Shown here: in pieces, positions 19,044-28,867 of the stretch
Layout of the letters: each line of letters opens with the position of its first letter
How positions within the stretch are numbered: the stretch's first letter is position 1
NCBI GenBank assembly: GCA_902634185.1
Contig: CACPJC010000003.1
Span: 109,733 to 173,732, forward strand
DNA: 64,000 bases
Direction of reading: 5' to 3'
Origin: an uncultured Candidatus Actinomarina sp.
Lineage (GTDB): Bacteria > Actinomycetota > Acidimicrobiia > Actinomarinales > Actinomarinaceae
Made by a program: the position numbers and the translations under genes
The notes under the pieces: generated by a model
Seen by the model: the letters and a program-made list of their open reading frames with translations, nothing else
Database searches by the model: none
What the model was told of the DNA's origin: nothing

Positions 19044-22016
19044 ATGTTACGGGGCATTTTCAAATTTATATTATCATTCTTTTTTGCTTCAATTTTTGTG
19101 ATATCTGTTGGACAGACTGAGGCTTTTTCTAATACTCATTCTCATTCAATTGTGAGACATGATGTAAATATAGGTTGTGCAGACAATGCTGTTGCACCAT
19201 TAAATTCAATAAAAGATATTCAAACATTTTTAAACTGTAACGGTTTTAGTCCAGGTCCGATAGATGGTGTATCTGGTGGAAGAACTACTGGAGCTATAAA
19301 AAGTTTTCAAGCTAGCGTAGGACTAACTGCAGATGGTGTTGTTGGTCCGGCAACAAAGCAAGCAATGAGAAGTTATAGTTCAACTACTTTTACTTTTACT
19401 GGGAGTGGATGGGGACATGGTGTTGGCTTAAGCCAATATGGAACAAAAGGCTTAACAGAGTTGGGTGCACAATTTTGTAGTAACACAAGTTCTTGTACTT
19501 CTAATGAAGTTGTTAATTATTATTTTCAAGGTACAAATGTAAGAAATTTAGGAGATATTTCTCTGTCTTCTCCAGATATAGCATCAAATAACAATGCTTT
19601 ATGGGTGGGTCTTGCTAGGAATGCAAAAAGTATAACATTAACAACTCTACCTTCGTCGAGTCCACCATCTCTTAATATCTGTCAAGATGGATTATCAAAT
19701 ACTGCTGGAGTGCAATTATTTCTCACTTCAAGAGGATTTGAGCCGGGTCCTATTGATGGTGCCTATGGTGATAAAACCGCAGATGCAATTAGAAGTTATC
19801 AAGCATCTGTAGGATTAGGTCAAACAGGATCTATAAATGATGAGCTTATCAATAAAATAAAATCTGATGCAACATCTGATGGCCCATGTGAGTCTGTTTG
19901 GGGTCCTTTGAAAATTGGTGGTGGTGCAACTATCAGTGTAATAAACAGTGGAAGTGAATGTTACATGACAGGTCATCCACTTGTTCCAAAAATAAGAGCA
20001 AGTTGCAATATGAGCATTAAATGGTCTGATGGAGGAAGAATTAGAGTTGGACCCCGAGAACATAAGCACGGAATTTTGAAATTGAGATCAAAAAATGTTT
20101 CGTCTGGTTTTCATGTAGTTTTGTCAGTAAACCTAGAAAAATATTTATATGGCCTAGCTGAAATGCCCTCTCATTGGAATGTTAAAGCGCTTGAAGCCCA
20201 AGCTCTTGTTGGGAGAAGTTATGCAGTTTTCCACTATTTAGATGAGAATATACCATCTTCGTCGACAAATCTAGATGCTGGCTTAAGTGAAAAACAAAAG
20301 GCTTATTGTTGGTGTCATATAGGCTCTACGGCTTCAAGTCAGTATTATTATGGTTATCTTAAAGAAATTTCTGGACCAAATTGGGTACAAGCTGTAAATA
20401 ATACCTCTGGAAAAGTAATCACCTATGACGGTTCATATACTCGTAGCACAGTAATTCAAGCATTTTATTCTTCATCAACTGGTGGTAAGACTAACACAAA
20501 TGTTGTTGGATTTGGATCTGCCACACCGTGGCCTTACCTTAAAACCGTTGATGATCCATGGTCAATAGATAATAGAGTTGGTAATTCTAAAGCTGCCTGG
20601 TCCTTTGACTTCAATACCTATCAACTATCTAAAAATATATTATGTGGTGATACTCCTTGTTTTGATGCAATTACTGACATTTATGTTTCATCGGTTGCAG
20701 AGTCTGGTGCTGCTTTAGAGGTCACAATGAAAGGTTTCAAAAATGGATCAGCAAAGTCAGTAACAAAATCTGGAAGAAATATTAAGTCACAGTTAGGATT
20801 TCGATCTCATTACTTTAAATCTTCAAGTACATCTGACGTTTCAAATCTTGCAGTAGGACCAGTCCAGGCTAATACATCTTCAAGTGCTAACGGTGCATCA
20901 GAGAATTTGTCAGCTGGAGAAACAGCCCAATACGCAACCTCAAGCGCAGGACTTTCTTATCTTGCAAAAGCAGGTTTAATAAATAAATGTGATGGTAATT
21001 CATCTGGTTGTCAGGCAAAAACACTGACAAGAGAGGAAGCTGCAGCGATTATCACTGTAGTTGGAGGTATTCCACAAGATTCACCAAATGCTTATAGTGA
21101 TGACGATACAAGTATTTACCAATCTGCAATCAATGGATTGCCATACTATGGAATGCAAGTATGTTTTGGAAGTCCATTCGAAATTTTACCCAAAGAAACA
21201 GTCGCTAGAGATGAGTTTGCATGTCTATTAGTTAGATCAATTAAAGCTGGAACAACAACAAATCTTTCTGGATCAGTTGATAAATATTCAGATGAAGGTG
21301 CAAGTAAGTGGACAAATGAGATAAATACCCTTGCAGCTAACGATGTGATTCCAGCATGCAGTTCAATAAGTGATAAATTTTGCCCAAGTAGAAAAATTTC
21401 AATAGGAGAAGTCTCATACATTATCGATAAGCTTGTAGGTAAATCATTAATTTCAACTAATTTATTTGAGTCATCACCTTTTAATAACTCTTGGGAACCA
21501 TCTGGTGGCGAGGTTGAAAATGTAGCCGAAACAGCTGTTTCAAATCCTAACGCGGGTAATGATGCTTGTGTGCCAAAAGATAATTCTGGAATCATAATTA
21601 ATTCAGTATTAGATATTCAACAATTTCTTGCTAACAACGGATTTAACCCTGGGCCTGTAGATGGGCAATCTGGACCAAAAACTAAAGCTGCTATCAAGGC
21701 ATTTCAGCAAAAAGCGGGTCTGTATGCAGATGGCATTGTTGGTAATAAAACTAAAGCAGCAATGAAAGCTTACACCGGTTGTGAGTCTGGAAACGTTTGT
21801 AAAGCGAGGGATAATAGTGGAGCGAAACTTGATAGCGTTGCAGGGGTACAAACATTTTTAGCAAATAATGGATTTAATCCAGGAATTATTGATGGTGAAA
21901 TGGGTTCATACACTAGAGAGGCTATTAAAGCATTTCAAAGAAAAGTTGGTTTGATCCCTGATGGAGTTGCAGGAACAAGAACTAAAGCAGCAATGAAATC
22001 TTATACAGGTTGTTAA
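19044..22016 (+). CDS. Secreted SpoIID/LytB-domain cell-wall hydrolase with peptidoglycan-binding repeats and SLH-like domains
   Basis: Signal peptide; four PG_binding_1-like repeats (G.IDG..G..T..AI..FQ...GL..DG..G..T); GWGHGVGLSQYG; EKYLYGLAEMP...ALEAQA..RSYA; SLH-like 'LTREEAA', 'VARDEFA', 'FCPSRKIS'. Confidence 0.88.
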   Translation: MLRGIFKFILSFFFASIFVISVGQTEAFSNTHSHSIVRHDVNIGCADNAVAPLNSIKDIQTFLNCNGFSPGPIDGVSGGRTTGAIKSFQASVGLTADGVVGPATKQAMRSYSSTTFTFTGSGWGHGVGLSQYGTKGLTELGAQFCSNTSSCTSNEVVNYYFQGTNVRNLGDISLSSPDIASNNNALWVGLARNAKSITLTTLPSSSPPSLNICQDGLSNTAGVQLFLTSRGFEPGPIDGAYGDKTADAIRSYQASVGLGQTGSINDELINKIKSDATSDGPCESVWGPLKIGGGATISVINSGSECYMTGHPLVPKIRASCNMSIKWSDGGRIRVGPREHKHGILKLRSKNVSSGFHVVLSVNLEKYLYGLAEMPSHWNVKALEAQALVGRSYAVFHYLDENIPSSSTNLDAGLSEKQKAYCWCHIGSTASSQYYYGYLKEISGPNWVQAVNNTSGKVITYDGSYTRSTVIQAFYSSSTGGKTNTNVVGFGSATPWPYLKTVDDPWSIDNRVGNSKAAWSFDFNTYQLSKNILCGDTPCFDAITDIYVSSVAESGAALEVTMKGFKNGSAKSVTKSGRNIKSQLGFRSHYFKSSSTSDVSNLAVGPVQANTSSSANGASENLSAGETAQYATSSAGLSYLAKAGLINKCDGNSSGCQAKTLTREEAAAIITVVGGIPQDSPNAYSDDDTSIYQSAINGLPYYGMQVCFGSPFEILPKETVARDEFACLLVRSIKAGTTTNLSGSVDKYSDEGASKWTNEINTLAANDVIPACSSISDKFCPSRKISIGEVSYIIDKLVGKSLISTNLFESSPFNNSWEPSGGEVENVAETAVSNPNAGNDACVPKDNSGIIINSVLDIQQFLANNGFNPGPVDGQSGPKTKAAIKAFQQKAGLYADGIVGNKTKAAMKAYTGCESGNVCKARDNSGAKLDSVAGVQTFLANNGFNPGIIDGEMGSYTREAIKAFQRKVGLIPDGVAGTRTKAAMKSYTGC

Positions 22017-23926
22017 TTCAATAAACTTCTTATTTCATCAGATATTTTTTCAGCATTAAAGTTAAATTTTTCAGCTAATTGATCGATCGGGGCTGATTCA
22101 CCAAAAGAATCTATTGAGAATGATTTTTTAATGTTCTGAATATACGTATCCCAACCTATTGTTCTTCCCAACTCAATCGTAAAAATATTTTGATTAAGAC
22201 TTAATGATTCAAGCCTCTCTTCGTTTAATCTATTTAAAATTGGAGCGCTAATTATTTGGACAGATAAATCTTTTAATTTCGTACTTATTTCAAACGCAAG
22301 TTCAAGTTCTGAACCAGTTGCAATTAAAGTAATATCTGAACCAGGCATAAATTCATAAGCACCCGTTTGAAAATCCTTATAGCTAACGTCATTATCAAAA
22401 AACTTCATATTCTGTCTTGATAAAATTATTGCTTTAGGATTTTCTCTTTTTTCCAATGCATATCTATAAGAATGAATTAACTCCATACTGTTTGATGGCC
22501 TAATAACATCAAGATTAGGTATCAGTCTTAGCGACATTAAATGTTCAATAGGCTGATGTGTTGGTCCATCCTCTCCAAGATATATTGAATCATGAGTGAA
22601 TATAAATAACGAATTAATATTCATCAAAGATGCTAATCGCATACTTGGCCTCATATAGTCGGAGAAAACTAGAAAAGTTGATCCATATGGGATTAAATTA
22701 CTATGTAATGCAAGACCGTTAACAATTCCACCCATTGCATGTTCTCTAATTCCGAATTCAATACTGTTTCCTCCAAAATTATTTGAGCCAAAGGTATTAT
22801 CACTTATTACTTGTTTTGTTGAAGCAGCTAAATCTGCAGATCCACCAATAATAAATTTGTTAGATAAACCATATTCATTCAATATTTTGCCACCGACAAC
22901 CCTTGAAGCCTCATCGCTTGACCACTCAAGTTCAACCTCTGAGGTTTCAAAATTATTAAACTGATTCCACAATTGCCTAAAATTCTTGTCAGATTGAAGT
23001 TTCGATTCTAAGTTAGCATTCCATTCATCAAATTTTGAATTATCATCTGCTCTTTTTTCATCAAAATATGAATAAATTTCCGAATCGTGCAAAAATGGAT
23101 CACCCGAAAACCCAATATTTTGTAAAAAAAGCTCGAATTCATTTTCACCCAATGGAGAACCGTGAACTCCACTTGTGTTTTCTTTATTTGGAGCGTACTT
23201 ACCGATTGTTGATTTAGAGATAATTAATGTCGGCTTATTGGTAACACTTTTTGCAGATTCAACTGCGTCAATAATTTCATTTTCATTATGTGCATCAATT
23301 TCGAGCACATCCCATCCCATCGAAATAAATTTTTGTTTTTGGTTAGTTACCGACACCTGCGTAACATTTCCATCAATAGAAATGTTGTTGTCATCAAAAA
23401 AGTAAATTAGTTTGCCGAGCTCCCATAATCCGGCTAATTCTGCGGCCTCAGTTGAAATACCCTCCATTAAATCACCATCAGAAACAATCCCATAAATATG
23501 ATGGTCCACAACATCCCCTCCAAAGACAGAAGCTAGATATCTCTCAGCCACTGCTAAACCTACGCCATTTGCAAATCCTTGTCCAAGTGGTCCTGTAGTT
23601 GTATCTATTCCAATCTCAAAATCTTTTTCTGGATGTCCTGCAGTTTTTGATCCTAATTGTCTAAAATTTTTTATTTCATCTATAGATATATCGAATCCAT
23701 TGAAGTGTAAAAGACTATATAGAAGCATTGAACCGTGTCCTGCGCTTAAGACAAATCTATCCCGATTGATCCAGTCTGGATGTTTATTTGATACTTTTAA
23801 AAAGTTTTTGTACAAAACAACCCCAATATCCGCCATACCTAGTGGCATACCAGGATGTCCAGAGTTTGCTCTTTCAACAGCGGCAGCAGAAAGAACTCTT
23901 ATAGATTTTGTTACATCGTCAAACAT
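22013..23926 (-). CDS. tkt: Transketolase
   Basis: SGHPGMPLG, DRFVLSAGH, TTGPLGQG, DGDLMEG, GIREHAM, GEDGPTHQP. Confidence 0.97.
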   Translation of the reverse strand: MFDDVTKSIRVLSAAAVERANSGHPGMPLGMADIGVVLYKNFLKVSNKHPDWINRDRFVLSAGHGSMLLYSLLHFNGFDISIDEIKNFRQLGSKTAGHPEKDFEIGIDTTTGPLGQGFANGVGLAVAERYLASVFGGDVVDHHIYGIVSDGDLMEGISTEAAELAGLWELGKLIYFFDDNNISIDGNVTQVSVTNQKQKFISMGWDVLEIDAHNENEIIDAVESAKSVTNKPTLIISKSTIGKYAPNKENTSGVHGSPLGENEFELFLQNIGFSGDPFLHDSEIYSYFDEKRADDNSKFDEWNANLESKLQSDKNFRQLWNQFNNFETSEVELEWSSDEASRVVGGKILNEYGLSNKFIIGGSADLAASTKQVISDNTFGSNNFGGNSIEFGIREHAMGGIVNGLALHSNLIPYGSTFLVFSDYMRPSMRLASLMNINSLFIFTHDSIYLGEDGPTHQPIEHLMSLRLIPNLDVIRPSNSMELIHSYRYALEKRENPKAIILSRQNMKFFDNDVSYKDFQTGAYEFMPGSDITLIATGSELELAFEISTKLKDLSVQIISAPILNRLNEERLESLSLNQNIFTIELGRTIGWDTYIQNIKKSFSIDSFGESAPIDQLAEKFNFNAEKISDEIRSLLN

Positions 23927-23947
23927 TGCTCTAAGTATATTTATATA

Positions 23948-25576
23948 TCAAACAGAGGCAAAGGAATCTTTTGCATGATATGAAGATCTTACAAGAGGTC
24001 CTGATTCAATATGTGGGATACCAAGCTCTTGTCCGATAGTTTTATATTGTTGAAATTCTTCTTCAGAGACGTACCTATCAATTAATCTATGTCTTTGTGT
24101 AGGTCTTAAATACTGTCCAATAGTGACAATATCTATATTGATACGAGATAAATCCTTAAGTACTGCTATTACCTCTTCAAATTCTTCACCCATGCCAACA
24201 ATTAAACCAGTCTTGGTCTTTCCGAGAAAATGAGATTCCTTAGCGTATTGAATTAGAGCTAGAGAACGACCATAAGATGCCGCAGTTCTTATTTCTCTTT
24301 GAAGACGTGGAACAGTTTCTAAATTATGATTCAATACTTCAGGATTGGCATTTATGATATTATCTATTGCTTCTTTGCTACCTTTAAAATCAGGGATTAA
24401 GACCTCAATAGATGTTTGATTATTTTTAAGTCTGACCTCATCAATGGTTTTTGCAAAAAATGCAGAACCTCCATCATCAAGATCATCTCTATTTACAGAA
24501 GTTATAACAGCATGGGTAAGGCCCATAATTTTTACACTTTCTGCGACTCTATAAGGTTCATCCATATCTAGATCACATGGTTTTCCTGTATTTACATCAC
24601 AAAATCCACATGCTCTTGTACAGGTATCACCCATAATCATGAATGTTGCGGTGCCCATAGACCAACACTCATATATATTTGGACATGATGCTTCTTCACA
24701 TACTGTGTTGAGTCGTTTTTCTTTAATTAAACTTTTTAGTGAGAGGTAATCTTTACCAAGGTTGGCTTTGACTTTCATCCATTCCGGTCTCTCTGGTTCA
24801 CTCTTAATTGATGAATTTAAAGTAATTGGAACGGAGTTTTTAGAGGCATTGAACACCCCGTTGTTTACCAATTGATCGATATGAAATTCTTTTTTCTTCT
24901 TTAATTGTCTTGGGGTAAATTGAGAAAACTGTTTATCTACTTTCTCATATTTAAATATTTCAACAAATTTTCTTGAAATTATTTCGGTAACTTCTTTAAA
25001 TGAAACTGTCTCATCATATTGCTGGATAGAAACTACATGTTCATCACTGCTTCCACACGGATTTATAAAATCAAACCCTTTTGTATTTTCACTTATGTTT
25101 AATGAGAATCCGTGAAGTGTTGTCCATTTACTGACTTTTATTCCAATAGAAGCAATTTTTCCTTCTTTGGTCCATACTCCAGTGTCATCAGTTTTTGAGA
25201 AAGCCTCTATTGATAGTTCAGCAAGTGTATCAATAATTACATTTTCAATTTTACGCACAAAAGGAACTACTTTTTTTGGATCATCTAATCTAATTATTGG
25301 ATATCCAATTAATTGACCATCGCCATGAAAGGTTATATCTCCCCCTCTATCTGTTTCAAAAAATTCAATATTATTTTCATTAAGTATATTTTTTGAAACT
25401 AGTAAATTGTTGATATCTCCTGATCTTCCAATTGTCACTACATTATTGTGTTCTAACAAAAGTAAGTAATCGAATGGTGAACTTTCTTGACTAGTAGCTG
25501 AATGAAGACCTTTTTGAAGAATATAGGCTTCTCCATAAGGTAATTTTCCCAACCATCTAATGTTTAATTCTCTCAA
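23948..25576 (-). CDS. lipA: Fused octanoyltransferase (LipB) - lipoyl synthase (LipA)
   Basis: N-half LLEH, DRGGDITFHG, KIASIG, HGFSLN, NPCG (LipB); C-half CEEASCPNIYEC, CTRACGFC, RSSY (LipA); likely TTG start overlapping the E2 stop. Confidence 0.93.
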   Translation of the reverse strand: MRELNIRWLGKLPYGEAYILQKGLHSATSQESSPFDYLLLLEHNNVVTIGRSGDINNLLVSKNILNENNIEFFETDRGGDITFHGDGQLIGYPIIRLDDPKKVVPFVRKIENVIIDTLAELSIEAFSKTDDTGVWTKEGKIASIGIKVSKWTTLHGFSLNISENTKGFDFINPCGSSDEHVVSIQQYDETVSFKEVTEIISRKFVEIFKYEKVDKQFSQFTPRQLKKKKEFHIDQLVNNGVFNASKNSVPITLNSSIKSEPERPEWMKVKANLGKDYLSLKSLIKEKRLNTVCEEASCPNIYECWSMGTATFMIMGDTCTRACGFCDVNTGKPCDLDMDEPYRVAESVKIMGLTHAVITSVNRDDLDDGGSAFFAKTIDEVRLKNNQTSIEVLIPDFKGSKEAIDNIINANPEVLNHNLETVPRLQREIRTAASYGRSLALIQYAKESHFLGKTKTGLIVGMGEEFEEVIAVLKDLSRINIDIVTIGQYLRPTQRHRLIDRYVSEEEFQQYKTIGQELGIPHIESGPLVRSSYHAKDSFASV

Positions 25577-26856
25577 GATATTTCCTGAGACCAATCTGTA
25601 TTTTCAAGCTTATTTTTAATTGAATTTAAAAACATCAGAGCTGTAGACCCATCAAAAGCTCTATGATCCCAAGTTAAACTCAATATTCCAACGTGACGAA
25701 TTGCAATTGAGTCGGAACCATCATCCATCTCTAAAACTACTGGTCGTTTTTTAACTGACTCAGTTGAGAGTATTGCTACATTCGGCTGATTTATAATCGG
25801 TGAAGTAAGAAAGGAGTTGAATGATCCATTATTTGATATGGTAAAGGTACTTCCTGTTACATCGTCTAGATTATATTTTCCATCCCTCAATAGCTTTGAA
25901 ATTTCAGATATTTTTCTTGCGGTACCTTTTAAATTATAGGAATCAGCTTCTCTGATAGTTCCAACAAGAAGCCCTTCTTGATTTATATCAACTGCAATGC
26001 CTAGTTCAATATTTTCATAAACTGTATGAACTCCTTTTTCCAAATCAAATGAACTATTTACTACTGAATGCTCTCTTAATGCACTAACAACAGCTGTTGC
26101 AATAAATGGCAAATAAGTTAATGAAAAATTATTTTCTTCCTTAAATTTATTCTTTACTTTGCTTCTTATGTTTTCCACATTTTCGAAATCTACCTCTACT
26201 GATGTCATCACATGTGCAGATGTTTGTTTTGATAAAATCATATTTTCAGCAATTTTTTTCCTCAACCTTGGAATCTCTGAAGTACCAATTTCAGCAGATT
26301 TTGATTGCGTCATTGAGGGTTTTGTTTGACTGCTAATTTTTTCAGATCCGTTGTTTATAAAATGATCAATATCTTTTCTTGTAACCCTGCCGTCTTTACC
26401 TGTTCCCTGTACAGATTCTAAATCAATGTTATTCTCTGATGCCAACCTTCTGACTACTGGTGAGACTTTACCAATATTTTTTACTTTAGTTATTGGCTGA
26501 TCTTTTTCTACAACTTCTTTATTTTCTTCAATTTCTTGAACTGGATTTTGATCAGTTGGAGCTTCTACAACCTCTTCAACCACATCATTGGTATCATTTA
26601 TAACATCTTCTGACGACTCTTCTCCATCCAATTCAAGTAATGGAGAACCAACTTCTACAGTTTCACCCTCCTCGACTAATAATGCAGAAACTGTTCCAGA
26701 AAAGGGACTTGGAACTTCAGTATCAACTTTATCTGTAGAAATTTCTAATATTGGATCATCTTCTTTTATTGAATCTCCAACATTTACAAGCCATCGGAGT
26801 ATCGTACCCTCAGTTACAGTTTCGCCAAGCTGTGGCATAGTTATGCGTTCACTCAT
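25573..26856 (-). CDS. Dihydrolipoamide acyltransferase (E2) of a 2-oxoacid dehydrogenase
   Basis: Lipoyl domain (PQLGETVTEG, STDKV), E3-binding domain SPVVRRLA..GTG..GR, catalytic DHRAFDG. Confidence 0.95.
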   Translation of the reverse strand: MSERITMPQLGETVTEGTILRWLVNVGDSIKEDDPILEISTDKVDTEVPSPFSGTVSALLVEEGETVEVGSPLLELDGEESSEDVINDTNDVVEEVVEAPTDQNPVQEIEENKEVVEKDQPITKVKNIGKVSPVVRRLASENNIDLESVQGTGKDGRVTRKDIDHFINNGSEKISSQTKPSMTQSKSAEIGTSEIPRLRKKIAENMILSKQTSAHVMTSVEVDFENVENIRSKVKNKFKEENNFSLTYLPFIATAVVSALREHSVVNSSFDLEKGVHTVYENIELGIAVDINQEGLLVGTIREADSYNLKGTARKISEISKLLRDGKYNLDDVTGSTFTISNNGSFNSFLTSPIINQPNVAILSTESVKKRPVVLEMDDGSDSIAIRHVGILSLTWDHRAFDGSTALMFLNSIKNKLENTDWSQEIS

Positions 26857-26860
26857 ATAT

Positions 26861-28867
26861 TTATTGTAATTCCTTTATAGCATTTATAACTTTTTCAACA
26901 CTTGGAATGAATGCATCCTCTAAAACAGGGGCAAATGGAATATGGGTATTTGGTGATGTAACTTTTTTAATAGGGTTATCAAGATTCCAAAAACCTTTTT
27001 CAGCAACAAGTGATGAAATTTCTGAAGCAACTGATGAAAAGGGAACATCCTCTTGAAGAATGCAAATATTTGATGTTTTCTCGACAGAATTCAATATTAT
27101 TTCTTCATCAAGTGGAACTATGGTTCTTATATCGACTATCTCGACCGAGATATTTTCTTTTTCAAGTTTTTCAGCAGCTTCTTGTGCAACTGAAACCATA
27201 CCAGACCAAGTAACTATGGTTACATCAGATCCTTCACGAACAATTTTTCCTTTACCAATCTCAACCTCATACAGTCCTACTGGTACATCCATTTTGAGAT
27301 CTGGTTTTCTATATAGTTTTTTATGCTCTAAATACATGACCGGATTGGGGTCATTAACTGCAGCAACTAGTAATCCTTTTGCATCATAAGGATTTGATGG
27401 TGCAACAACTTTGATACCAGGGTGATGGGCTAATAAAGATTCAGGACTAATTGAATGAAATGGTCCAGATCTTGTTCCTGCTCCAGTTGGTCCTCTTACA
27501 ACCATTGGAACTGCTTTTCCAGCTTTCCAATAATATTTTGCAGCTTCGGTTGTTAATTGATCAAGTGCTGGATAAACAAAATCATAAAATTGTAATTCAA
27601 CAATTGGTTTTTGCCCAGCTAATGCAGCACCTACTGCTGCACCTGTGAAACCCCCTTCAGATATTGCAGTATCAATAACTCTAAATGGTCCGAATTTATC
27701 AAATAATCCTTTTGTCGCTTTAAATGCTCCCTCAAACACACCAACATCTTCACCCATAATGAATACACCTTCATCATCAGTCATGAGTTCGTCTAAACCA
27801 TTATTTATTGCTTCAATATAATTCATTGTTTTTAAGTTGTTTAAATTATTTTCAATTGTTGGTTTTGTTCGAACAGCGAACATATCTTTAAGTTCATCAT
27901 TAGGATCAGGATCTTCTTGGCTTTTTGCCCACTCAAGGGTATCTCTAATTTCAACTTCTAAATTAGATCCTAAATCTAAAAAGTCTTGTTCTGTAAATAG
28001 TCCTTCATTAATTAATGAATCTTCAAACCTAGCTATAGGATCTCTTTTCATCCAAAAATCTCTAACTTCATCCTCAACGTAATCAGCTGGATCATGTCCA
28101 GCGTGTCCATAATGTCTAAATGTGACTAATTCAATTAATGTTGGACCTTGACCGTTCCGAGCATTTTCACATGCTTCGTGGATGGTATCAATGACATCAT
28201 AAATATCATTACCGTCAATTATTAAAGATGGAATACCGTATCCTGCTCCTCTATCAGCTACATTTGGAGTTCCAAATTCAGTCTCATTCGGTGAAGAGTA
28301 AGCAAATTGATTATTTTGAACTGTAAAAACGACTGGAAGGTTTAAAACGCCAGCCATATTTACACTTTCATGCCAAGTTCCTGTTGCAGTTGCACCTTCA
28401 CCGCAGTTTGCAACAGCTACAACGCCACTTCCTTGTTGTTGAGAAGCTAATGCCCAACCTACTGCGACAGGTGCAGAATCAGGGAGTGGGGAAACAACCA
28501 TTAAAGTTCCCTTATCAACTACCCCAAAGTGACTGTTTCCATCTCTTCCTTTTGATGGACCATCTTTTTTCCCAAAAAAGTTAAGTGCAACTTCCTTTAA
28601 AGTTACACCTTTCATGAGCTGGACACCTAAATCACGATGAGTTCCTCCAAATATATCTTGTTTGGCCATTCCTGCCCCTATACCTGCCATTGAAGCTTCC
28701 TGACCAATTCCTGGATAAACTGCACCGCTTAACTGTCCACCTTTGTACATTTTTAATAAACGATCCTCAAGAAGTCTTTGTGTTTTCATAGATTTATATA
28801 CTTCCCAAAGTTGTTCGCTTGAGAGAGTAGATGAATGTCCTTTTCTTACTATTTTTTCTACTTTCAC
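26861..28867 (-). CDS. Fused E1 alpha/beta 2-oxoacid dehydrogenase (BCKDH/PDH family)
   Basis: GQEA, GEGAT...NNQFA TPP motif, RHYGH; beta part GEDVG, DTAISE, GPFHS, EHKKLY. Confidence 0.92.
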   Translation of the reverse strand: MKVEKIVRKGHSSTLSSEQLWEVYKSMKTQRLLEDRLLKMYKGGQLSGAVYPGIGQEASMAGIGAGMAKQDIFGGTHRDLGVQLMKGVTLKEVALNFFGKKDGPSKGRDGNSHFGVVDKGTLMVVSPLPDSAPVAVGWALASQQQGSGVVAVANCGEGATATGTWHESVNMAGVLNLPVVFTVQNNQFAYSSPNETEFGTPNVADRGAGYGIPSLIIDGNDIYDVIDTIHEACENARNGQGPTLIELVTFRHYGHAGHDPADYVEDEVRDFWMKRDPIARFEDSLINEGLFTEQDFLDLGSNLEVEIRDTLEWAKSQEDPDPNDELKDMFAVRTKPTIENNLNNLKTMNYIEAINNGLDELMTDDEGVFIMGEDVGVFEGAFKATKGLFDKFGPFRVIDTAISEGGFTGAAVGAALAGQKPIVELQFYDFVYPALDQLTTEAAKYYWKAGKAVPMVVRGPTGAGTRSGPFHSISPESLLAHHPGIKVVAPSNPYDAKGLLVAAVNDPNPVMYLEHKKLYRKPDLKMDVPVGLYEVEIGKGKIVREGSDVTIVTWSGMVSVAQEAAEKLEKENISVEIVDIRTIVPLDEEIILNSVEKTSNICILQEDVPFSSVASEISSLVAEKGFWNLDNPIKKVTSPNTHIPFAPVLEDAFIPSVEKVINAIKELQ

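Noticed and set aside
21600-22016. Tandem DNA repeat or CRISPR-like repeat (ACTAAAGCAGCAATGAAA twice)
   Set aside because: Explained by duplicated peptidoglycan-binding protein domains within a CDS
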